From an uncultured Elusimicrobia bacterium (GTDB lineage Bacteria > Elusimicrobiota > Elusimicrobia > UBA1565 > UBA9628), in NCBI GenBank assembly GCA_903830945.1, contig CAIKVT010000058.1:75487-139486 (forward strand): a DNA stretch of 64,000 nt, read 5' to 3'. The translations under genes were made by a program, and so were the position numbers. Shown piece after piece: positions 54,011-62,213 of the stretch. Every line of letters starts with the position of its first letter. The stretch's first letter is position 1. The notes beneath the pieces are model-generated. The model was not told the DNA's origin. It saw only the letters and a program-made list of their open reading frames with translations, and searched no databases.

Positions 54011-56251
54011 CTATCGGCGGCGCCACCACTTCCGGATCCAGCCCCACATCCCGCCCGGATGCAGGGGGCACTCCGCGGTCGGCTCTGTGCCGGCCAAGAA
54101 GACCTCGTCCTGTCGTTGTGGACAGCCGGCCCGGGCGCGTAGGCCGGAAGCCGGGTCGAGGGTCACGGTCACCAAGCCTTGCGGCTGCGCAAACATCGTC
54201 GTCGGTCCTTCCGAGGCCGTTTTCATGAACGCGGCCCAGACCGGCAAGGCGTCTTTGGCCCCGGTGAGCTTGAGCGGTCGATTGCGGTCGTCGCCGACCC
54301 AGACTCCGGCTAGAAGCTGCGGCGTGTAGCCCACGAACCAGGCATCGCGGCCGTTCTCGGTGGTTCCCGTCTTGCCTGCGCAAGGGCGCGTAAAGCCCAG
54401 ATGTGAAAGGTCCTTGGCCGTTCCGTCCTGCACTACGCTTTCCAGCAGGGATGTGAGCAGGTAGGCCCGGGCTGGGGCCAGCACGTTTTGGCGTTCGCCG
54501 CGGTCGAATTCCAGGACGTCGCCTTGCGCGTCGGTGACCATGTCGATGAGGCGCGGTTCCACCCGGAAGCCCCCGTTGTCGAAGGGGGCGTAGGCCGCTG
54601 TCAGCTCCAGGAGGGTGACCTCGGAAGTTCCCAATGCCAGGGCCAGACTGCCTTCCAGCGGGCTTTTGACGCCCATACGGCGGGCGAATTCGGCCGCTGC
54701 GGCGGGCCCGATCTGGTTGGCCAGGTCCAAGGAGGCTGCATTGAGGGAGTGGGCCAGGGCATGGCGCAGCGTCGTTGTTCCTAAATAGATCCCGTCGTAG
54801 TTCCGCGGCCTCCAGGGGCCGGCCGCCCCCGGGTATGTCTTCGCCTGGTCGTCGAGCAAAGAGGCCGGGGTATAGCCCTTTTCCAGGGCCGCGCCGTAGA
54901 GGAACGGCTTGAACGCCGAGCCGGGCTGGCGGCGGGCCTGGGTCGCGCGGTTGAACTGGCTTTCGGCGAACTCCCGGCCGCCGACTAGCGCCAGTACGCG
55001 GCCGTCCTCCGGCGAGAGGGCCACCAGAGCGGCCTGCGCGCTCAGGCGGCGCACGGCGTTTTCCGCCGCGGTCTGCGCCATAGGGTCCATGGTCGTGTAA
55101 AGGCTTAGACCTTCTCGGAAGAGTGATTCCTCTCCGTAGCGGGGCAGTGCCTGCCGGACGGTCTCGGCGACGAAATACGACGGGCCCCGTCGCTCTCGCG
55201 AGAGTCGGGTGGTCACGGCCAGGGATTCGGCCAGCGCGCTGCTTAGGCGCGCGGCCGTGATGAAGCCTTCATCGCGCATGCGGCGCAGCACAAAATCGCG
55301 GCGCTCTACCGCGGCTTGCGGGTCGCGGCGTGGATTGTAGCGGTAGGGGGAGCGGATGATCCCGGCGAGCAGAGCACACTCCTCCAGACTCAAGCGGCCT
55401 AGGTCCTTGTCGAAATAGAAATGGGCCGCGGCCTTGACCCCGGCAACGGCCACGGGTCCGTCCTGGCCCATGTATATCTCGTTGAGGTAGAGGGTGAGTA
55501 TGCGCTCCTTGTTCAGCCGGGCTTCCAAATATAGGGCGAAGGCGGCCTCGGCGATCTTGCGGCGCAGGGTCCGACGAGAGTTGAGGAATAGGTTCTTGGC
55601 GAGTTGTTGGGTGATGGTGCTGCCGCCCTGTACGGCGCCACCCTTGAGGTCGTTGAAACCGGAACGCACCAGCGCCCGCGGATCCAGTCCCCAATGGCTG
55701 AAAAAACGCTTATCCTCGGTGGCGACCACGGCGTCTTTGAGCGCCTGTGGGATGTCTTCGGAGGCGGCCGGTTCGCGCCGTACCTTTTTGGCGCCGGAGA
55801 GTTCGGCGACAAGTTCCGGCTCGACCCATATTCGGGGCACGGCCGAACCTGAGGCGTCGATGATCTTGGCCGCGTCGCCTACTTCGGGGAAGGTTGCGCT
55901 GAAGAGCCCGGGGTTTTGCGCCGGCAGAGGCGCGGAGAAGCCCCGGAGGAAGACCGCGAGGACCGGAGCTTTCCATGAGTATTCGCCCGGCGTCCGGGGC
56001 TCGCGGACGCGTAGATAGCCCAGACGGTCCAGGCGTGCCATGAGGTGTTGCGGGTCGCGCGGGGCGCCCGCGCCTATCGCGGCTGGGGAGGCGAAGACCC
56101 GTGTGGAGAAGCTCTTACCCAGGCCGCCCAGAACGAGGCGGGAGAGTTGGGTCTCGGCGCGGTAAACCAGGACTGCCGCAGCTGCGGCCAGGACTAAGGC
56201 GCATAAGATCGGAAGCCGGAACCAGAAGGTCTTGCGGCGAGCACGCCCCAT
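54011..56251 (-). CDS. mrcA: class A penicillin-binding protein 1A (transglycosylase + transpeptidase)
   Basis: GT51 motifs (EDKRFFSHWGLD, GGSTITQQLAKN). Transpeptidase motifs SAFK, SLN, KTGT. Confidence 0.85.
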   Translation of the reverse strand: MGRARRKTFWFRLPILCALVLAAAAAVLVYRAETQLSRLVLGGLGKSFSTRVFASPAAIGAGAPRDPQHLMARLDRLGYLRVREPRTPGEYSWKAPVLAVFLRGFSAPLPAQNPGLFSATFPEVGDAAKIIDASGSAVPRIWVEPELVAELSGAKKVRREPAASEDIPQALKDAVVATEDKRFFSHWGLDPRALVRSGFNDLKGGAVQGGSTITQQLAKNLFLNSRRTLRRKIAEAAFALYLEARLNKERILTLYLNEIYMGQDGPVAVAGVKAAAHFYFDKDLGRLSLEECALLAGIIRSPYRYNPRRDPQAAVERRDFVLRRMRDEGFITAARLSSALAESLAVTTRLSRERRGPSYFVAETVRQALPRYGEESLFREGLSLYTTMDPMAQTAAENAVRRLSAQAALVALSPEDGRVLALVGGREFAESQFNRATQARRQPGSAFKPFLYGAALEKGYTPASLLDDQAKTYPGAAGPWRPRNYDGIYLGTTTLRHALAHSLNAASLDLANQIGPAAAAEFARRMGVKSPLEGSLALALGTSEVTLLELTAAYAPFDNGGFRVEPRLIDMVTDAQGDVLEFDRGERQNVLAPARAYLLTSLLESVVQDGTAKDLSHLGFTRPCAGKTGTTENGRDAWFVGYTPQLLAGVWVGDDRNRPLKLTGAKDALPVWAAFMKTASEGPTTMFAQPQGLVTVTLDPASGLRARAGCPQRQDEVFLAGTEPTAECPLHPGGMWGWIRKWWRRR

Positions 56252-56259
56252 GGCGGCCT

Positions 56260-57207
56260 TTAGAATGCCGCGCCGAAGGTGACGTGGTGCGTGTTGGTCA
56301 CGTCGGCGCGGCCGATGCCGAGGGCGTAATCCAGCCTCCAGCGGCCTTCCCGGAAGCCCACGCCGAAGGTGAAGTTGCTGATGTCCCGAGAAAAAAGGTA
56401 GCCGAAGCGCAGCGCGCCGTAGCCGTCTTCACCGAGCCCCATCCCCATCTCCAGGCCCGTGGTCGGCAGCAGGTCCTTCTGGTCGCGTAGTTTGATCGCA
56501 TCGGCCGTTACGAGGAAGCGGGATATCCCGAATCCTCCTTCTTGGATCCAGTGGTATTTGGCTAGGCTGAAGTCGTAGGCTGCGCCGAGGCGCGTGGTCA
56601 TCGGTAAGGGGTCTCCGGCCTGCTCGAACTTGACGTCCGGACCGAGGTTCTGCAATGAGGCTCCGATGTTGAGTCCTTTCCAGGGCGTATGCCATAGGGC
56701 TCCCAGGTCGCCCGCGAAACCGGAGGCCCTGGCTTCTTGGGCGAGTTCAAAGCGGTAGAATTTGGCCGTGCCGCCGGCGCAGAGGCCCCAGCCCAGTGGG
56801 ATTCCTGCGCTCAGGAGCCCGACCATGTCCTGTTGGGCCGTGCGCGTCTCGCTGGTTCCGTCTGAGAGATTGATATTGACGGCTCCCGCGTTGTAGTAGA
56901 CCAGGCCACCGGTAATGGTCCCGAAAGGGAGCGGATGCGCATAGCCGAGGAAGCCGAAGTCGTCGCCGGCGATGCCGTGGATATAGCTGGTCTCCAACTC
57001 CGCTCGATCGAGGCGGGCGGTTCCTGCGGGGTTGTATCCGAGCGAGTCCAGCCCTCCATCTACGGCGGAGAAGGCCTCACCCATGCCCACGGGGCGCGCT
57101 GTCAGCGGCTGCTGGAGCGTGGAAGCGGCGGTCAGCCCCGGCTCCGCCTGGAGGCGGGGCGCGGTCAGAATCAAGGCCGTGATTGCGAAGGCCGACTGCA
57201 AGGTCAC
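56260..57207 (-). CDS. outer-membrane beta-barrel protein, possibly PorP/SprF-like (T9SS cargo-associated) or another small OMP
   Basis: Signal peptide. Alternating amphipathic strands. C-terminal ...HHVTFGAAF. 4-nt overlap with the upstream cargo gene. Confidence 0.55.
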   Translation of the reverse strand: MTLQSAFAITALILTAPRLQAEPGLTAASTLQQPLTARPVGMGEAFSAVDGGLDSLGYNPAGTARLDRAELETSYIHGIAGDDFGFLGYAHPLPFGTITGGLVYYNAGAVNINLSDGTSETRTAQQDMVGLLSAGIPLGWGLCAGGTAKFYRFELAQEARASGFAGDLGALWHTPWKGLNIGASLQNLGPDVKFEQAGDPLPMTTRLGAAYDFSLAKYHWIQEGGFGISRFLVTADAIKLRDQKDLLPTTGLEMGMGLGEDGYGALRFGYLFSRDISNFTFGVGFREGRWRLDYALGIGRADVTNTHHVTFGAAF

Positions 57208-58718
57208 TTGATCACCACGATCTTGTCGCTGGTTGAGATCTTCTGCCCAACCGTGCGCAGGAGGTAAACGCCGCTGGCGACCGTGTGGCCCAGGCCTGTT
57301 CTTCCGTCCCAGAAGAGGGTGGTGGTGCCTTCGGGCGCGTAGTCGTCATAGAGCGTCTTGACCAATCCGCCGTTTAGGGTGTAGAGCTTCACGGCCAAGT
57401 GGCCGGCGTTGAAGGTCATGGCATCGATCTTGGTCTGCGTGCCGTTGCGCGGGCGTATCAGGTTGTCCGTGAGGCGAACCGTGCCGGGGGAGAAGTCGAC
57501 CTTGAGAGCATTGGCCAAAGTGCCGCTGTAGCCGTTGTCGTTGACGACGGTGAGATTCCATAGGCCCAGGGGTTGTCCGGTCATGGTGAAGCTGGCCGAT
57601 AGGGTTTGGTCGTCGGTGCGGGTCACTACTCCCGTGGGCGCGATACTGGTCCCGCCCTGGCTGAGCAGGAGCGTGGGCACGCCGCTTGAGAAGTTGTCTC
57701 CGGTTATGGTGAACGGGGTGGCGCCGGCTGTGCGCAGTACGGTGCGCGGGCTCATGGCCTCGGGATTCGGAGCATAAGCGGAGGCTGAGAAGACGTCGGC
57801 CGTGCTGACGCCGGCTGCGAAGGGGGTGTAGTTGTAGTAGAGTTTCCAGCGCCAAGTGTCCGTGGAACGCAGGACGAATGGGGAACTGAGGAAGCCGGAG
57901 GCTGAAGTCGTTGCCAGGCGCATGCCGGTTTCGGAGAGGAATACGGCCCCGTCAACGTCTCCCGGGGAGCTGAGCGCGCTCAAGAGGGTGGAGTTGGTGG
58001 TCTCATTCGTTAAGGGCGCCGTGTAGAAAATGCGGATGCGGTTGTCCGTGCGCTTGATTGCCGCCACTTCTCCAACCTGGCCGTTCAGGTTTGCCAGTTG
58101 GCTGCCGGCGGCGAAGTCGCGTCCCTGGTTGTTGGATAGGGCGGAGAAGATGCGGTAGTTGGACGGGGTGTTGGCTCCCGAGTTCTGGACGTAGTAGAGG
58201 CGCCATTGGCCGGTGCCCAGCTTTATTAGGGAGGGGGAGCCTAGGAAGTCGCTCCCGCCGCTGATTCGCGTGCCGGTGTCATTGGCCCAAGCCAGGCCGT
58301 CCGCCGAGGTCGCGCTGAACACGCTGTAAAAATTTCCGGTAGGGCTGGTCGATACGGCTGTGTAGACCATGCGGTAGCCTCCGCCGGGGACAGGGTTGAG
58401 GGGCAGGACGGAGAGTGCGGTGATGGAGGTGATGTCCACGCGTGGTGCGGTGACCGAGGAGAGCCGGACGCCGGGGTCATCAACGAAGCTCTGCCCTTCG
58501 TCATTGGTGAAGGCCGAATGGACCGAGGTGCTGCCGCGGATGTAGTAGAAGCGGGTGATACCGTCGGCGATCTGCAGCGGATTATTGTGGTCCGGGGGGA
58601 TATTGACTGCGCCCAGCAGAACGGCGGAGGAAAGCCGTATGCCTGCCTCTTTGATGAGCACGGGGGCTGCCTGCGCCGGAGCCCCCAACGCCAGAAACAG
58701 CAGGACGCTCTTGAGCAT
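57204..58718 (-). CDS. secreted beta-propeller (BNR/sialidase- or GH-like) protein with type-A T9SS C-terminal sorting domain (Por_Secre_tail-like)
   Basis: Signal peptide MLKSVLLFLALGAPAQA. C-terminal LAVKLYTLNGGLVKTLYDDYAPEGTTTLFWDGRTGLGHTVASGVYLLRTVG...KIVVIK matches the CTD pattern. Confidence 0.6.
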   Translation of the reverse strand: MLKSVLLFLALGAPAQAAPVLIKEAGIRLSSAVLLGAVNIPPDHNNPLQIADGITRFYYIRGSTSVHSAFTNDEGQSFVDDPGVRLSSVTAPRVDITSITALSVLPLNPVPGGGYRMVYTAVSTSPTGNFYSVFSATSADGLAWANDTGTRISGGSDFLGSPSLIKLGTGQWRLYYVQNSGANTPSNYRIFSALSNNQGRDFAAGSQLANLNGQVGEVAAIKRTDNRIRIFYTAPLTNETTNSTLLSALSSPGDVDGAVFLSETGMRLATTSASGFLSSPFVLRSTDTWRWKLYYNYTPFAAGVSTADVFSASAYAPNPEAMSPRTVLRTAGATPFTITGDNFSSGVPTLLLSQGGTSIAPTGVVTRTDDQTLSASFTMTGQPLGLWNLTVVNDNGYSGTLANALKVDFSPGTVRLTDNLIRPRNGTQTKIDAMTFNAGHLAVKLYTLNGGLVKTLYDDYAPEGTTTLFWDGRTGLGHTVASGVYLLRTVGQKISTSDKIVVIK

Positions 58719-59068
58719 TACTTTGCTATTTTCGCTCTTTTCGCCGGTGAAATCAATCGCGGCCGCCGGCCCTTACCGACGAGAATTTCTTTTTTTGGCT
58801 TGGGCAGGGATTTGATGCCTGCCTCCCGGATGAGGGCTTCGGAGCGGGTGAGCCCGTCTTCCCGGTAGAGCAGGCGGACCGGCCGCCGCGTGCGGGTGTA
58901 TGCCGCCCCGCGTCCGGAGTTGTGCTTAGCGACGCGTTCCTCGACTTCTTTGGCCACGCCCGTATAGAGCGAGCCGTCGCCGCAGCGCACCATGTACACG
59001 GACCAGTTGCGGTCCGCATCCGGAGTTTCCCGGAGGCCGCGGATCATCTGAAGATACTTTCGTTTCAT
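58718..59068 (-). CDS. GIY-YIG nuclease-domain protein (UPF0213-like)
   Basis: WSVYMVRCGDGSLYTGVAKEVEERVAKHNSGRGAAYTR is the GIY-YIG core. Confidence 0.7.
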   Translation of the reverse strand: MKRKYLQMIRGLRETPDADRNWSVYMVRCGDGSLYTGVAKEVEERVAKHNSGRGAAYTRTRRPVRLLYREDGLTRSEALIREAGIKSLPKPKKEILVGKGRRPRLISPAKRAKIAK

Positions 59069-59201
59069 CCCCTCTCATCCTAGCGGTATGGGAGGGGTTT
59101 GGCAAGGATGGGCCGGTGGCCTCAGTGAGGGTTTCGCGGAGGAGGTCACGGTCCTTCAGGCCGCCTCGTGCTGAGCGCCGCTGTTGTGCCGGGAATGTCT
59201 C

Positions 59202-60851
59202 CTAGCCCTGAGGCCCCGTGGCCGATACTCTCAAGCGACCTGCCAGCGTGTTTTTGCAGGCGAGCAGAAGAGCGGCCAAGAAAGCCGCCAAGCCCAGGTA
59301 GTAGCCGATATCGCCCAGGCGGACATAAGGGGTCGGCTCGTTGCGCATGACAGCTTCAACCGCCAGGCTGGTTTTCTGATTCATTGGCGCCCGGGCGAGG
59401 ACCCGGCCGGCCGGATCGATGACGGCGCTGATTCCGCCGTTGATGGCCCGGATGAGGAATCTGCGGGTCTCTATTGCCCGCGGGATGGTCAGACGCAGGA
59501 ACAATTCCCGGGCCCGAAAATCATCGAACCACACATCGCTGCTCAGTTGGATGAGTATCCCAGCGCCTTTGTCCGCCAATGAACGGGTGGAATCGGCGAA
59601 AAGGGCGTCGTAGCATATGGTGGTTCCCAGCTTCCCCATACCCGGGAGCGTCAAGGGCTCTAGGAGTTCTCCCGGGGTCAGGCGCCGGACCATGGACGCG
59701 CGTCGCTGGTAGATCACTTCGGGCACAAGGGATCCCACGACGGGGATGGTGTCCGCGAAGGGGTCCATATGTTTTTTCTCGGCCACTCCGAGGACCGTTT
59801 TTTCAGCGTCGATCAGATAAGCGCTGATGAAGCGTCTGATTTTTCCTCCGGCCGCGCTTTGCCCGCGACCGCTGACGATCATGGGGATGGGAAACGGCAG
59901 GTCCTGTCCGAGGACGACCTGCGCTTTTTGGCCGTCGATGCGGAAGTCGCGAGCCGCGCTCCCGCTGTTCTCGTATTTTAGGATCCGTTCGTAGGAGGGC
60001 CAGATGATCAGGGCCGGAGACTGAGTCGCGAGGAACTCCGTTGTCAGTCTCCGATTGTCGTCGAGATTGAGCGCGAACCATTCGGGCCGCAGTTCGCGGG
60101 ACACCGGGATGGCGTTTTGGATGACGACAAGCCTGACCGTTTGTCCGGCCCGGGCTTCCCGGGCCAGGATTTCCGATAACTGGGCCAGGCGCGCCCGCCC
60201 CCACCAGTCATTGGCGGCGACGATCGCGGCCAAGCCCGCGAGGAACGCCCAGCGCCGCTTTCTGCCCGGCGACCGCAGGGCCAGATAAAGGGCTGTGTTG
60301 AAAGCCATGATAAGCCAGGCCGGCCCGGCTGAGCCGAAGAACTCCATCATCTGCAAGGCCGGCAGATGGGACGTCTGTGAGTCGGCGAGATGGACCGGAT
60401 AGGCTTGCGGGAAGAAGCCGTCGAGTGCGACCATCCACGAGACTGAGACCCAAGCCAGGGCCAAGCCCGGCCGGTCGCCCAAAGCTTGCGCGAGTCTCGG
60501 CGTCAGCAGGCGCACTCCCCCGGCCCATAGTGCGAAGAAAAAGCCTTGGTAGGCGCAGACGAAGAGAAAAGGCGCGTAGGCAGCCAGCGTCGGGACGCAC
60601 AGGAATCGCGCCATGATGGGCGGAAACCAGCAGACGACTAAGGCCCAAGCGAGGCCGCCGAAGAACCATCCGGAGAGCAACGCTTTGGAAGGACCTGCGG
60701 TCTCAATCACCCAGAGCAAAAGCGCGAAGGTCAACCAAGCCGGCCAGGAGGGGCCTCCGACCGCATGGCATGCGGCGAATGCCGCGGCGCAGGTGGCGGT
60801 CACGGCTAGCCGCAACAGGAGAGCCGTTTTATTGTCGCAGGGTCGGATCAT
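59202..60851 (-). CDS. lnt: apolipoprotein N-acyltransferase (N-terminal TM region + CN-hydrolase domain)
   Basis: Start set at ATG 60851 (MIRPCDNKTALL...). 6-7 TM helices then a nitrilase-fold domain (VRLVVIQNAIPVS...GTTICYD...). Confidence 0.8.
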   Translation of the reverse strand: MIRPCDNKTALLLRLAVTATCAAAFAACHAVGGPSWPAWLTFALLLWVIETAGPSKALLSGWFFGGLAWALVVCWFPPIMARFLCVPTLAAYAPFLFVCAYQGFFFALWAGGVRLLTPRLAQALGDRPGLALAWVSVSWMVALDGFFPQAYPVHLADSQTSHLPALQMMEFFGSAGPAWLIMAFNTALYLALRSPGRKRRWAFLAGLAAIVAANDWWGRARLAQLSEILAREARAGQTVRLVVIQNAIPVSRELRPEWFALNLDDNRRLTTEFLATQSPALIIWPSYERILKYENSGSAARDFRIDGQKAQVVLGQDLPFPIPMIVSGRGQSAAGGKIRRFISAYLIDAEKTVLGVAEKKHMDPFADTIPVVGSLVPEVIYQRRASMVRRLTPGELLEPLTLPGMGKLGTTICYDALFADSTRSLADKGAGILIQLSSDVWFDDFRARELFLRLTIPRAIETRRFLIRAINGGISAVIDPAGRVLARAPMNQKTSLAVEAVMRNEPTPYVRLGDIGYYLGLAAFLAALLLACKNTLAGRLRVSATGPQG

Positions 60852-61000
60852 GCCGTCACCAGAAAGGCGGTTGGTCTTATTGCGAAATAGCAGAGAAATC
60901 CCCGCTCCGCGAAGTTCATGGCAACTCATTAGAGAATACGTTTTATATAAACACTTTTCCATTGACGGGCGGCTTTGCCGATGCTATCGTTAAGGTCGCC

Positions 61001-62158
61001 ATGGGGTGGCTCGATTTGATGCTGCTGGTGACGGGATTGGGGACGGCGCAATTCTTCTTCACCTTGCTTTTTTTTCTCAAGCTGAGACGGGAAGTATCCC
61101 TGGAAGGAGCCCCCTATACTCCGTCGGTGTCGGTCATCGTTCCGTGCCGCGAAGCCGCAGGTAGTTTCTCGGCCAGCGTTCAGGCCTTGCTGGCGCAGAA
61201 ATACGAAGGACGCAGGGAATTCATCTTTGTCGTGGCCGATGCCGCGGACCCGGCTTACCGGCGTTTGCGGGAGATCTTGCCCGAGGATCCAGGCTGGCGC
61301 GTCCAACTGGTGGTCTCCCAGATCAAGCCGATGCGGTGTGCCGCGAAACTGGCCAATCTCTTGGGGGCTCTGCCGCATGTCGCCGCGGATAGCGAGGCGC
61401 TGCTTTTTGCGGATTCAGATCTGATCGTGTCCGCGGATTGGATGCAGCGGATGATATCACCGCTGCAAGACCCCGCCGTGGGAGCGTCAAGTTCCGCCAT
61501 GATCTATCTTCCGTGCGGCGGCTTCTGGGGCTTCCTGCGTTCGGTGTGGATGGCAGCCGGAGTGGTTTATTGCAGTTTCATGGAGCGCGTCACAGGGCAC
61601 TCCTTGGCTCTGAGGCGCCGTGATTTCGAGGCTTGGGGCGTAGCCCGTGTATGGGAGGCATCGTTGCTGGAGGATATGCCTGTGACCACCTTGGTGCGCA
61701 GGCAGGGCAAGAGAGCGGCATTCGTTTCCGCGATCATGCCGTACTCCTCGGACGGCTGCGACGCGCGCAGTTTTTTCTCGGTTTTCAATCGCTGGATCGT
61801 GTGTTTCAGGGTTTATGACCCGCAGATCTGGCTGCTGGGCCTTTTCGTCACGCTGATGAAGTGTTGGATAGTGCTGCGCAGCACTTGGCTAATGACTTAT
61901 GCACCAGCGCTCTATCTTTATGGCGTGGATGCGGTGAACCTCGGTCTGATTTTCGTCATCCTGCACGCCCGTTTCCCGGAGCGATTTGCTGTCGTACCCA
62001 CGCGATTGCGCTATTTCCCGGTCTTGGCCGCGGCCTGTGCGCCGCTACTTTTGGCCGTTTACGCAGTCAACTTCTTCAATTCTATTTTTTGCAGCACCGT
62101 CGTCTGGGCAGGAAGGAGATATCGCATCCGCGGCCCGCAGGAGGTGCAGATTTGTTGA
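61001..62158 (+). CDS. membrane-anchored GT2-superfamily glycosyltransferase (GT21/HpnI- or ceramide-glucosyltransferase-like)
   Basis: ATG 61001 (MGWLDLMLLV) after AAGG. The track ORF start at 60770 overlaps the lnt promoter region. N-terminal TM, VSVIVPCREAA, FADSDL (DxD), FSVFNRWIVCFR (NRW), C-terminal TM helices. Confidence 0.55.
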   Translation: MGWLDLMLLVTGLGTAQFFFTLLFFLKLRREVSLEGAPYTPSVSVIVPCREAAGSFSASVQALLAQKYEGRREFIFVVADAADPAYRRLREILPEDPGWRVQLVVSQIKPMRCAAKLANLLGALPHVAADSEALLFADSDLIVSADWMQRMISPLQDPAVGASSSAMIYLPCGGFWGFLRSVWMAAGVVYCSFMERVTGHSLALRRRDFEAWGVARVWEASLLEDMPVTTLVRRQGKRAAFVSAIMPYSSDGCDARSFFSVFNRWIVCFRVYDPQIWLLGLFVTLMKCWIVLRSTWLMTYAPALYLYGVDAVNLGLIFVILHARFPERFAVVPTRLRYFPVLAAACAPLLLAVYAVNFFNSIFCSTVVWAGRRYRIRGPQEVQIC

Positions 62159-62213
62159 ACCGCTCAAGCATGGGTGCGGCTGCGCTTCTACCAGCAGCTT
62201 GGTCGAGGGTATA

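Noticed and set aside
59069-59100. 10-bp-stem hairpin (CCCCTCTCAT...ATGGGAGGGG) downstream of lnt as intrinsic terminator
   Set aside because: No U-tract follows on the minus strand, and it overlaps the GIY-YIG gene start. More likely incidental or a translational element, so not called as a terminator.
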